The notes under the pieces: model-generated
Databases searched by the model: none
Told to the model about the DNA's origin: nothing
Seen by the model: the letters and a program-made list of their open reading frames with translations, nothing else
NCBI GenBank assembly: GCA_023334545.1
Contig: JAADVB010000070.1
Coordinates: 1-64,000 of the forward strand
DNA: 64,000 nt
Direction of reading: 5' to 3'
From: Salisapilia sapeloensis CBS 127946
Lineage: Eukaryota; Protista; Oomycota
Part shown: positions 22,119 to 33,633 of the stretch, piece after piece
How the letters are laid out: every line of letters begins with the position of its first letter
Position numbering within the stretch: the first letter of the stretch is position 1
Position numbers and translations under genes: made by a program

Positions 22119-23005
22119 AAGAAATGAGAACGGCGAAGACGGTGTAGAGTACCAACTCGTGTCTTTATATTTTCAGCAGATGCTGCTATCTTCCCTAATT
22201 GGGCGTAGAAAGATGATACGTTTTGACTGAAATGTATCTACTCAGATCTGACTTTATCTTCAAAGTTGAAGTGTAGGGATCCGTCGGGCGAGTGGGAGAT
22301 GTCGGGCGGCTGGGAACTTCGGTTCGAGCAATTGCGCCCTCAAGCGTACCCAACGGCTTGGCTATACAACACTTCGACATGAAGCGTGTATAGGTTCATA
22401 CAAACGACAACGATGCGAATGATCCATGTTCCGTCTGGCGCCAGCAGGATGACACCTCATCCGACTAGGCTTCCTGACAGGAGATTCATCTAATAAATGA
22501 AAGTCCCACAGCATGCATAAGAAGTCACCTTAAATTCTTATTCTGTCCATGACGATACCCCCACGAGAAAAATTGTTTCTGTCTCACTTTGTAAACGGAG
22601 AGCTGCCACAGAACCTTAACTACGAAACGATCGCTGCCTCGAAAAGCTTCCATGCGGGAGTTGGAGAGGCTTTAATTGTTCGAAGAGCTTGATGACTGTG
22701 ATTTTAGCTACACTATAACTGAATTCTTGGGTTTCAACTTAATTTGCGACATTGGTATGCCTCTATGACATTTTTATGGTCGACTTCTTCTGATGAACAA
22801 GATAGTACCACTGATTTTGTCCTTTGGGCATGGAATAAGATGGACACGCCAGAGTGTCAGGATACATACTTCGAACAGTCTCATCTGCTCTTAATGGTAA
22901 CCTGCACAACTCAGTCAAGGATAGTAATGTGCTATTTATACGACTACGACTGCCAGCATGCAATTGGGATAAAAAAGCATTTCATTTTGCGAATTAATTT
23001 TGTCG

Positions 23006-23407
23006 CTAGTTTTCTTGCTCACACTCAGCAGTTAGTCGCTCAAATAACTTTGCTGCCTCACTTTTATGAGCAATAGTCGTATTTTCCATGCGCCAGTCCG
23101 TCCCCGTCTTGTTTCCCATCACAGTTGCTGCCTTGAGTTGTAAAAGGTTCCGCTTTCTCGCCCGAATTGACATGTTTTTTCGTTCACGATATGGCCAAAC
23201 AAAGCGGAGTCGCTTGCAATTGCGTTTAAGCGTAACAGCAGATACTCCAAGGTAGGCTGCTGCTTCACGTTGCGGTAAGTTAAAGTACCTTTTTAACTCT
23301 TCCATCGAAAAGTTAAACACAACTCGACTCTTACGACACGTAGTCCTGCCTCCTTGGTTGTTGCCATCGTTTTCAGTCGGGAAGACTCGAGATACCACGA
23401 AGGACAT
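23006..23407 (-). CDS. RWP-RK transcription factor C (intronless)
   Basis: VVFNFSMEELKRYFNLPQREAAAYLGVSAVTLKRNCKRLRFVWPYR. Confidence 0.9.
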   Translation of the reverse strand: MSFVVSRVFPTENDGNNQGGRTTCRKSRVVFNFSMEELKRYFNLPQREAAAYLGVSAVTLKRNCKRLRFVWPYRERKNMSIRARKRNLLQLKAATVMGNKTGTDWRMENTTIAHKSEAAKLFERLTAECEQEN

Positions 23408-23450
23408 GATAAGGTTGACAATGAAACGGGAGGTGGATGAACGCGAAATG

Positions 23451-23467
23451 GAAAATTTACAAATGAG
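23451..23467 (-). promoter_or_regulatory. Oomycete-type Inr+FPR core promoter motif
   Basis: The minus strand reads CTCATTTGTAAATTTTC about 44 nt upstream of the RWP-RK C ATG, resembling the known oomycete GCTCATTYYNCAWTTT element. Confidence 0.55.
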
Positions 23468-25110
23468 ATCGGTGCTTGTGAACTTTGGTCACGAATGACG
23501 CCATTCAACGAAGTGATGGGTCAAGATTGAAAAGATGTATAGGCTCGTGGCCGATCTCTGAACACATCGTGATAATCGCTAACATCAAGCGAGTCTCGAC
23601 TCTGTTTTACGTTTACAGCTGCACAGTTATGAAGCATTTACTTACCTTGCAATTACGTGTAGTACAGAGAAATATGTACTAGAGTCGTAAAAGTAGGTGT
23701 ATACTATCGCTGTTCATATAGCCCACCACATCGAAATCATCGGACGGAACGAAGTGGAAACCATACCGTCTGCACAACTGTTGGTGGAAAGTTGAAGTCA
23801 TTCTTCTACCGTCAAAATCTATGGACACTAGTTTTACTATCGCAAGATACACTCGGCTATGCACGAAACGTTATATAGTTTCCAACTTCATCCATTCCCC
23901 ATGAAGTTTAGATTCGTGTGGATACTGCTTCATTCTTCATGGAAATTTTAAGGTCAAAGACGGAGCTGCCTATCACCAAAAGTTCTGGGAAGCTCTAGCT
24001 GCGCCAGATTTGCGCGAACTGATGTAGAGAACTTGGCAAGCATATCATTCTAATTCTTTGCCTTTGTTAGCCTATCCTTGAAAATTATAAAGCTGCCAAG
24101 CAGAGCCTTAAGTGCTCAGTACCAGAAAAGTGAAGTAAATAACATCAAGCCACCGATCGCCACGAATAGCGCATACTCCTTAGAAAAGAAGTTTGCTACT
24201 CACTGGTGTTCATTAGTTGCACAACCGCAGCTTAGACTGTGCCCATGATCATTTGATATTCATAGAAACCCAGGGCCCACACTCGGTTATAGCATCAATG
24301 ATAAATAAAACCAACCAAATTCGCGTTCACTGCGAAATGCCCATTTCATCTTTCAAGTGCTACGAGAGCGCTTGAATAACTAACGAATGTGATTTTCCCG
24401 CCAAAATTTGAACGCAATGGCAAATGACGAACCCTACGGATGAAGATGATACTCCATATTCTCGGTTCATTTCCTCGCTATTGTTTTCTTCCTTTATTTA
24501 AACTGCCATATATATCGTCATGTTTATTGCAGCATGATCTGTGTAAGAATTGTACCAGGTCTGCGGGATTCTCCACAATATGGAAACCTAGAGGCTGACT
24601 ACGCTTTGTTGAAATCTGCATTAATTGATGATAAAGACAAGGGCACTTGTCGGAGTATGATAAGGACTGCAGATTTACATGTTCATTCCAAAAATGTCAA
24701 GTACATCCAGCTTAATCTGCAGTTTTCCTTCAAAACACGGTCTAAATTTAGCTATACGTTCTCCACAACGTACCTAAACTGATGCAAGTCAGGTGTGTTG
24801 TGTTCCCAAGGGATCTCGCGAACACCTGTTCTTTGAGATGACCACGTGATGTCAGCATCTAACTTCATGGCCATGCGTGCTGCGCCGGTAAGCGATTCCC
24901 GTTCCCATCTCAATATTGCGTCAAGCTCGTTTGTTATGCTTGGCGGTATATGTTATGTGATCCCTCTCGACTAACGACCAATGTCTTATCTATTTTGTCA
25001 CGAGGATACGTTTCATCCAGCAAGTACCTTTCGTCGGCTGATTGATGAGAAGCGACGACACCATCTGCCTCGACGCTTCTAGTCTCAATTGGCCATTTTG
25101 CAATCCGAAG

Positions 25111-26600
25111 ATGACCACACCAACTAAGTTCCCAGTCGTCTTCATACATGGTACGCTGATGACTAGTAAGCGTGATACTTTACCAGATAGTTCTAATAAG
25201 TCATCAGGTGCGTTCGGATACGGCCGAGACCATCCTTTTTTCGGTCTTGGCAAGCCATATTGGCCCGAGCGAGAGATATTAGAGCTTAATCCGAATCATA
25301 TTCTGGTGACGGTTGGTGCCGTCAGTTCTGACCACGACCGTGCTTGTGAAGCGTTTTACCAGCTCATAGGCGGAACGGTGGACTATGGAGACCAACACGC
25401 CGTGACATATGAGCATCGACGCTTTGGGACTCACTACCCGTATCCGATGTACCCCGAGTGGAATAGCAATCATCCTATCCACCTCGTCGGACATAGCATG
25501 GGAGCGACGACTGCAATTGAGCTCTACCAATTACTGTGTGCAGACTTTTTCAACGTAGGGAGTGATGCCTCGTGGGTTTGTAGCATCACATCCATCGCCG
25601 GTCCATTGACTGGGTCGACGTTGCTACCTGCATTTGGCATTCGAGGAGTGACATTTCCCCATTATAGCTGGGCACACCTGCTTTTCATATCGTTGGGAAG
25701 TTGGCTCAAAGCTAGCCAATACCTTCCATGGCTGAAAAGGGTGGCGAACGTCGGCCTAGATCAGTGGACCGACTGGTCTCTCGGATCTCTGCTCTACCCA
25801 AAGGAGCTGATTTTAAAGATGAATGGTGACTTATCCATGTATGACATGGCTCCAGAACGGCGGATTCGACGGAACGAAGCGCTGACGAACATGCATAAGA
25901 TTTATCTCCTAAGTATCGTCACTGCCAATTGTTCCCGCTTTCCTACCGTCGAGTGCTTGGTCTTGATCGCAATATGCGGTCTAAAAGTCTCCAAACGACC
26001 GGTCAACCGGATGCGTCGGCTGACCTTGTTCCTTGGTCTTCTGGCATTTTTGTTCAGTCGACTGAAAAAGCTGAACGTCGCTCGGACGACATCTATGTCT
26101 GGCATCCAGTGGTTCATCGAGCGATACGTCCGATCCATCCACTCTCTATTTGAAGGTATATATCAACTATGTATCGCGTCTCCATATAGTTATTCATCGT
26201 GCTGGTCATGGTTGTAGGTTTCAAGCCGGATGTCTGGCGACATAATGATGGCGTCGTCAACATCCATTCCCAGCTCCGACCGTGGTTTCCAAAGCCCCAG
26301 GACACTCGGCGCGTGATGGAAAAGGCAGTCAGTGCAGCAGCCACAACGTCGACGGATTGCATTCGTCCATCGACATCCTCGTCCTCTTTGCATGAGAGTG
26401 AGCTTGCGCGTCATGCATCCCATATTTCGATTGCAGCTGATACGATACACGAGGAAGAATACCTTCAAAAGGGTCGTTGGCATGTCTTTCGAGTCAAAGG
26501 AAACCACCTCTCTGGCATGTACTGGGATAGTGGGGCGAAGGACTTATACGCCAGCATTTTTCTACTGATCGCTCAGCAGTACGAGATCGACCAAAAGTGA
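25111..26600 (+). CDS. Lipase B (3 exons; introns 25151-25207 and 26156-26217)
   Basis: FPVVFIHG|AFGYG, SDHDRACE, GHSMG, FEG|FKPD, HNDG, GNHL; colinear with lipases A and C. Confidence 0.9.
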
Positions 26601-27063
26601 TGGGATGTCGTTCTACCGCATCTAAATTACTGTTAAATAGTTTTAGGTCCTACACGTAGGAACGGAAAAGTGAAGTGAATGCCATGCGTTAATAATCTTT
26701 GTGCTCCTCTATGCCTATATCAACTAGAATGTAATCGCAAAAGCCATATTCTACTCCCTACTTGCATTGGAAACTTTGATAGCCAAAAAATCTTTCTCTT
26801 CTTTTACTAACGGATACAAAAGACGAAAGGATCGTTAGAGCATGTCGAATATAGGGCACTCGTGTCCGATGTGAGTGTCCAATCTATGTTGAAGTTCTAA
26901 TCAGACAAGCCGTTATCAGATATTTGGCTTGAACTTGTCATAGTCAAGCTTTCAATTGGCGAAAATACATAATTGAGCCTTTCTATTGGTTGAAAAAAAG
27001 CGCGGAAGATTTCCAGACACCTGGGAGCAGTCGCATCCGTTTATCGTCTTCCTGGAGGTGAAC

Positions 27064-28513
27064 ATGTCTGTTCGAACGAAATACCCTGTTGTACTAGTTC
27101 ATGGTGCTTGTGGTTTTGGTAAAGAGTACCCGGCATGGAGACACTTTTCTCCGTATTGGCCTGAAGGTGAAATTGGGAAACTGAATCCGAACCACATCAT
27201 CGTCGACGTCGGACCGATATCTTCCGACCACGACCGAGCTTGTGAAACCTTCTACCAACTCTTTGGTGGAACCGTAGACTACGGCCAGCAGCATGCTGAA
27301 GCATGCAACCATCGGCGGTATGGAGAACACTACCACCGTGGACTTCATCCCAACTGGAGCGCTGACAATCCACTGCATCTCGTCGGCCATAGTATGGGCG
27401 CGACAACCTCCATAGAGCTATACCAACTTCTGTGTACTGACTTTTTCAACGTCGGGAGTAATGCCTCCTGGATTCGAAGTATCACATCCATCGCTGGGCC
27501 GTTGAGCGGCTCCACCTTGTTCCACCTCTACGGTGTCAACGCAGAGCAGCCACTCTTCTCACGCTACTCGTTTGCCCACATATTTTCTGCTGCTTGTTTT
27601 TCCATCTATAAACTCTATCGGCGCTTCTCATCGCTTCAAGGCATCTTCAACTTGCACTTGAACCACTGGGACGATCTCTCGCTCCGACAACTGTGCACCA
27701 CCGACCTTGCGTTGCATACGAACGCTGACTTTGCCATGTTCCAGTCCTTGCCTATGTACAGGATGGAGAAGAACAAGAAGCTGCAGAGTATGCAAAAGAT
27801 CCACTTGCTCAGCATCGTCACAGCCTCGACATCCAGCCACTTTCCCGTGCAAGATGCCGTGCTTGCAGCTATTCTTTGTCTTCTACTTGCTATAAGAAGA
27901 CCTCGTAGCGGGTATAAAAGAGCACTTGTTATCTCGTGTTTTGTCTATCATCTCTACGGTCGACTCCGGAAAATCGACTTGGCTCAAGTTCCTTCTCTCC
28001 ATGGCTACATCTGGCTCATGCGACGTTACGTTCAATCTCTTCCTTCCATCTTTGACGGTATTTCCATTCGATCACACTTGTCAAGTACTTGGTTATAACA
28101 TGCATATGATAGGCTTCAAGCAGGACTTGTGGGCAGAGAGCGATGGGCTGGTGAATATCCAATCCATGCTTCGGCCGTGGTTTCCCAAACCAAAAGACAT
28201 GTCTCGAGCTATGGACATGGCGGCGGAGACGATACCGATATCCACTTCATCCTCTTCACTTTACGAGAGTGAAATGGCTCGAAACGCGTCGCATGTGTCC
28301 ATTGATCAAATAGATGGAGAAGGTGAGACTGTCGCACGATTCCAACGAGGTCGATGGTACGTGTACAGGGTGGATGGGAACCATTTCCGAGGAACATGGT
28401 GGGATGGTGGTGCGAAAGACTTGTACGAGAGTCTGTTTATTCTTCTTCAGAGAGAGTGTGAAGGGACAACGGCAATGGAGCAAAAGCTTGAAATAACAGC
28501 GAGTATAGCTTAG
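27064..28513 (+). CDS. Lipase C (2 exons; intron 28058-28112)
   Basis: YPVVLVHGACGFG, SDHDRACE, GHSMG, FDG|FKQD, ESDG, GNHF. Confidence 0.9.
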
Positions 28514-28628
28514 AAGAAAGTCAAGAGAGGATGGAATACATGTCCAGATCATGGCTACTCTTGTCTTTCAATTTATTCTCACAGTCCTTGCTGTGGATTA
28601 GGATGCTGACAGTATCTGCAATCAAAGG

Positions 28629-29037
28629 CTACTTTAAAACATTCACCGACGCAGTAGCTTTGCATGCCACGATGCTTGTTTCAGCCAAGAGCAGCAACGG
28701 ATACTCGTCTACCATGCGATCACTACATCTTTCGAGACGACGCTGAGCTGCAGCAATCTGACGGTACGGCCACTTGACGATGCCTTGGCGACGACAGATC
28801 CTCTTTAATGCAGCCTCACAGACACCTAGTCGAGTAGCAGCCTAGTGTATGTAAAACGGTAAAGTGCATATCGAAGAGATGGCATGATGTCATGCCCACC
28901 TGCTTCAGTGGGACGGTGTAGAGCTGTTGAAGTTGCCCCATTCGGATCGTTAGCTTCCTTCGATTTCTCCGTGGTTCTCTACTTATGCCCGATCCCATCA
29001 GGACATCGATTGCAATGGCTTCCATCAGGCTGTCCAT
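28629..29037 (-). CDS. RWP-RK transcription factor D (intron 28842-28899; 3' end uncertain)
   Basis: Splicing gives RKLTIRMGQLQQLYTVPLKQ|AATRLGVCEAALKRICRRQGIVKWPYRQ. The first in-frame stop is at 28629. The ORF track misses the domain. Confidence 0.85.
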
Positions 29038-29162
29038 GTCTACTAGCGCGATAAACGCTGCTCTCCGTTGCTCGTGAACTTTTTCGTAAGCGGATCAAGT
29101 AACGCACTTTCTAATGGAAACCCAAGATATCAAATGGTAATCAAGAATGCTTCTGTATGTCT

Positions 29163-30530
29163 TCAGTCGAGAGACTCTAGTCGTATACGGTTCTTCTTTC
29201 CGATCATGTCTTCACTGATAGACCTGCGCTGGCGAAGATCCCGCAGTTCTTTTCTCCTCTGTTCGGCGCGGTCGGCCATCTTTTGGCGTTCGTCTGGATT
29301 CCAATCAAGCTCCTGCTCAATCTGTTGCCATGTATCGGCCGACATATCCGACGGCGTCTCGCTTTGACCCCAAAAAGATGACCGAGAATCCGCATAAGGT
29401 CCGTTCGGTGTCGAAGCTATCGACTCAGACTGTTCGTAAGTCCTTGTGGTTGCTGCAGCGTTTTGAGAGCAACTTGTGTCCTTGCGACCACCATCAATGG
29501 ACCATGGCGCAGACATTGCGGATACTTGAGAGAATTGGCTATTGCGCAGCGTAGAGGACGAATTACCAGGCTGTCCTTCTACTTTCTCAATGCAGTCCAT
29601 GCAAAAGTGTTTTGCTACCGGTCGATGAGATCGAATGTCGAGTCGAAAGATAATTCTTCGATCTCTACACGGTTTGCAAGCCAGACTTTTGCATGCTGCA
29701 CAAGGTCGTAGCTTTCGGAAAATCTTTGGAGGCTTTTTACAAAGACTGCAGTTGTTTCCTGAAGTCGAACTTGCGTTCGAGCGATTCAAAAGTAGAGACG
29801 AGTACGCTTTTGCTCTGGCACATAGCATTGCAGTGTAAAAGTCCTTGCCACGATGGGCTAGAAAGTGATCGATGACGAGGCCTGAGAGTGATGCAGACGT
29901 ATCCAATTCTGCGACCGTGAAGCAGTCGACCCAGCCTTCATTCACCTGCCGAAACAAAGTGGCTGAAGTGCCTTCAAAGCGTACATGACTTTTAGACACA
30001 TTCGCAGGCATTTCGCAAAGCGTCACACTAAAGGTGATTTGGTATCCCATAAGCATATTCTCATCCTCCACCCAGCCAAGCCGTTCGTAGAATAGAATAT
30101 CTCGGTCTACGAGAAAGCTCCGTGCTCGATGAGCTGTCCACTTGACTCCAGCAAACACTATAGAGTTGCTTGTTGCATCATTTTCGAAGACATGGATGAT
30201 TTTGGCGTCCAATATGCCCTTGTCTCTTAGTACTCTGCCGGTGCGATAGGTATCGCTCGACTCGGCGTATAAGCCTGACAAGAACTCGCGCATTGTGCCT
30301 GGGACTAGACCACTGACAATCATCGCCTTTGTATTCGCAGGAGACTGGCGCTCGCAGTCGGTGTAGACAGCGAAGTTATTCTTGGCCTTGCGAATCATTT
30401 TCCACCGAGTTCTAGTGTTGCATCGGTGAAAAGCTTTATAGTCCTCTAGCACGTTCTGGAGCATTTCATCAGCACGAAGGCTCCATTCTTCTTGAGTGCC
30501 ATAGTCCACTGTCGGCGCTGGAATACTCAT
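29163..30530 (-). CDS. START-like + FYVE-like protein, copy 1 (intronless)
   Basis: SGLVPG, FAGVKW and YERLG START-like motifs; 8-Cys finger CSLC..CAAC..CKPC..CMDC; ends IRLESLD. ATG at 30530. Confidence 0.85.
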   Translation of the reverse strand: MSIPAPTVDYGTQEEWSLRADEMLQNVLEDYKAFHRCNTRTRWKMIRKAKNNFAVYTDCERQSPANTKAMIVSGLVPGTMREFLSGLYAESSDTYRTGRVLRDKGILDAKIIHVFENDATSNSIVFAGVKWTAHRARSFLVDRDILFYERLGWVEDENMLMGYQITFSVTLCEMPANVSKSHVRFEGTSATLFRQVNEGWVDCFTVAELDTSASLSGLVIDHFLAHRGKDFYTAMLCARAKAYSSLLLNRSNASSTSGNNCSLCKKPPKIFRKLRPCAACKSLACKPCRDRRIIFRLDIRSHRPVAKHFCMDCIEKVEGQPGNSSSTLRNSQFSQVSAMSAPWSIDGGRKDTSCSQNAAATTRTYEQSESIASTPNGPYADSRSSFWGQSETPSDMSADTWQQIEQELDWNPDERQKMADRAEQRRKELRDLRQRRSISEDMIGKKNRIRLESLD

Positions 30531-32150
30531 ATTGTCCAAATGCTCCCAGTGAGACGAATGTGGACTTGCATTGGAGGCTTGTCGCGTCAGGGTCTAGGTG
30601 AACCTCCCTGTTCTTATCTGGTAACTTCCATGAAGGAACGGTATCAGTTCGTTTGTAATGCGGCAGCTACTATAAATTGGAGCTAATCTGATTGTTAGTT
30701 GGGGGTGAAAGAAAGTATGTCGACTAAGCGTGAAACGAATGTGAAAGGTAAGCGAGGTTACCACTACAACGCAAGCGCCGGATAACCAAGTACAAAATGC
30801 TTTGATACTTGTTTCTAAAATAGCATCCGCCTGCTATACAACACACCAAAGTCTAGCTCAGATGGTCTCCCCACGGTAGCTTTCCAAACTCAACTTGGTA
30901 TGCGCGCTGTCGCTAATAGAAAGTAAAACTTTCAATTCGCATTGTTGCTTAGTTTTAATCGAAAGTCTTGTCCACCAGCAATAACATATCAGACTCGATG
31001 ATTATACGTACAGCTTAGACGCGTGTGCACGATCTGTGCATATAAAACTCAGTGGCCTCATTTGCCATCGAAATGTATGCTTGTATCAAAATGCTCTTCA
31101 TTGTTTTGGGCCAAACATACGCGCGCTCTTTCAAACCTCCTGCTTTCGCGCTATACGAACCACCTCCTGATGTTGCGTGTTCATCGTTGAAAAGCTTATC
31201 CCTCAATCTTTAAAGACAAGTGAATGAGAAAAGCCTAAACGTTTCTACTCTTGCTATTACATAGCCCATGTCGGTCGACAACACGCCAGAGACTTGATAT
31301 CTATGAACAGAGATCAGAACTCAGCGAACACACGTCTTTGCCATTTCTATCGTAACAACTTGTACACATGTGCTTCTGGATGACCATATTCCCTCCGCTT
31401 CAAACCGAAATAAATCGAATAGACGACAAGTATGGAGAATTTTGCGAGGGTGCTCGAGTACCTGGAGAGCCGGTTGCATGTCAATGGCCGACAGGCGGCG
31501 ACTGTAGGAGCGCAGAAGTCTTATATGCTTTGCGTATCTCCTAGGTTACCGAGCAAATCAAAACCGTACACCATCTTTTATAGATGCAAAGATTGCAAAT
31601 TTGTATCAGGGAGCGACTGGATTATCACTATTGATGAACCAGGTCATTCAAAGTCATTAACTACGAGATCTTTATCATCAAAACTACCCTGGAATGCTAG
31701 CAGCGAGTGTATCCTGTAGCATAGTCGAGGCATTGATAGCTGTAAGAAATAGGAAAAAAACATTTGCGTCCTATCGACCGAGATCATTTTGTCGTGACAT
31801 AAAGTTGACACTTTCTTCCTATTTTGAACCTTAATGGCTTTCATATTCGTTTCACATGCCTTCAAGGATATACATTGTTATCTGGTCTTGCGAGCCATTT
31901 TTCAAATACAGTAAATTGACTTCGTACACGTAGTTTTGATTCGTAGCTAAGGATTCGACCACCTTAACATGTCCGATCTCATGACTGTTGACGCTTGAGC
32001 TCTTCGTTTGCTAGTTTCTACACCGTCGTGTATCGCAACTTGAATTCACGCTTACACGTGACGATACCACGACGCGTGCCTGTCTCCCCACAGTGCGTGC
32101 AAGCGACATTCCTACTTCCCCCATTTACATTTACGGTGAGAAAGCAAACA

Positions 32151-33633
32151 ATGGACTTGGATAACGAGCTTTTGACTTCCCAGCTAAGCGGCGTCCAGAA
32201 GATCCAATTTGATCAGAGTCGCCGAGAGCTGTTTGAAGAAAAATCGAATGCGCTGCTACAGCGAACGTTAGATCAGAGGGATGCTTTTCATCGCAAGCAG
32301 AAGGCGTCGAACTGGAAGCTTTTCAAGCAAAACAAAGTCATGGCTGTCTACACAGATAGGAATGCCGCTCAGAATAGTCGTGCGGCTGATAGCGGTGTCG
32401 ACAGTAATAATCGCACCCATCGAACGCTTATGATAAGCGGCATTGTGCCTGGCACCACCGAGCAAGTCGTCCGTGGCGTATATGCGGATACAACGGAGGC
32501 AATGCGTACCGTGAAAGCTATCCAAGACTCTCTCTTTCTAGATGGCATGGTGCTTCAGGTCTTTGAGACTGGTGGCATTAGGGAGCCTGTGATCTTCAGC
32601 GGTATTAAATGGATGGTCTGGAAAGGGATGGCAATGAATTTGATGGCTGACCGAGACGCGCCGATGTACGAAAAGCTTGGAAACGTAGAAACGGATGAAG
32701 ACGCTTTTGTATACAATACGTATCAGTCAGTGGACCTGCCGGAGCTGCCCGCCAACACTACCCCATCTATGAAGCGGGTAACATTGTCTGTATGCTACCT
32801 ATATCACCAAATCAATCCAGGCCACGTTGCTTTCTTCTGCATTGCCGATGCTGACGTGCTAGGTAAGACCGACTAAAGGATATCCACTCTCTCCCTATCT
32901 CACCATCCGCGTAGGTCTAGTGCCGCCTCAATTCGTCGACCAATTTATGATCGACCGGGTGTCAGGTAGCTGGCTAAACTCGTTTACCGTAGCTAGTGCC
33001 AAAGCTTTCACAGCGCTAATGATCAGCCGCGCTGACTATGCTTTGTCGTTAAGTACAAAGTGCGATATCTGTCAATCCTCCGGGAGCATCTTTAACAAGC
33101 TAAAGTACTGTCGAGCTTGTAAATGCCGGCTATGCCGCTCGTGTGCAAAGACACGAGTCGTATTTCGACTACGCCTCCGAACACGCAAGCCTTCGACCGA
33201 GAAATTTTGCCGAGATTGCGTTTATGCTGTGGAAAGCAACGGCGGCTACATCCACCCACTTCCAAGTCACATCGAGACGATGCAAACGTCTGAATCGTCT
33301 GATTCGTCGTCGCCTACAAAACAAATGCAGTGCCCCATGATGGAAACATTTGATGCATTCCCAAATGTCCCATCGCCAACTTCCTCGATTTCCATCCAAG
33401 ATTCGACTCAAAAAGACGATCTACAATCTCATGCTGATTCGCATGCTCTGCCCGAGAGTCATGTGAGTGAGGACCCGGAAGAAGTTCTCGCAAAGATGTG
33501 GCGCAGGAAGGATAGTGAAGTCAGTTGGAATCAAGACGAGCGGCATCGGTTCTCATTGACATGGTCTAAAGACTCACCGGACGAACTTGGTGAAGCAATG
33601 GGCAAAGGAATAGATTTAGAGCTTTTGGACTAA
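32151..33633 (+). CDS. START-like + FYVE-like protein, copy 2 (intron 32863-32914)
   Basis: SGIVPG, FSGIKW, YEKLG; CDIC..CRAC..CRSC..CRDC; ends IDLELLD. The intron GTAAGA..CGTAG joins the two ORFs in frame. Confidence 0.85.

Noticed and set aside
23950-24330. Minus-strand hydrophobic frame interrupted by stops (KEYALFVAIGGLMLFTSLFWY*ALKALLG..)
   Set aside because: Possibly a decayed membrane-protein pseudogene, but no recognisable family motif.
31432-31719. 95-aa ATG-led ORF containing CKDC
   Set aside because: A single CxxC, and no similarity to the array's fingers.
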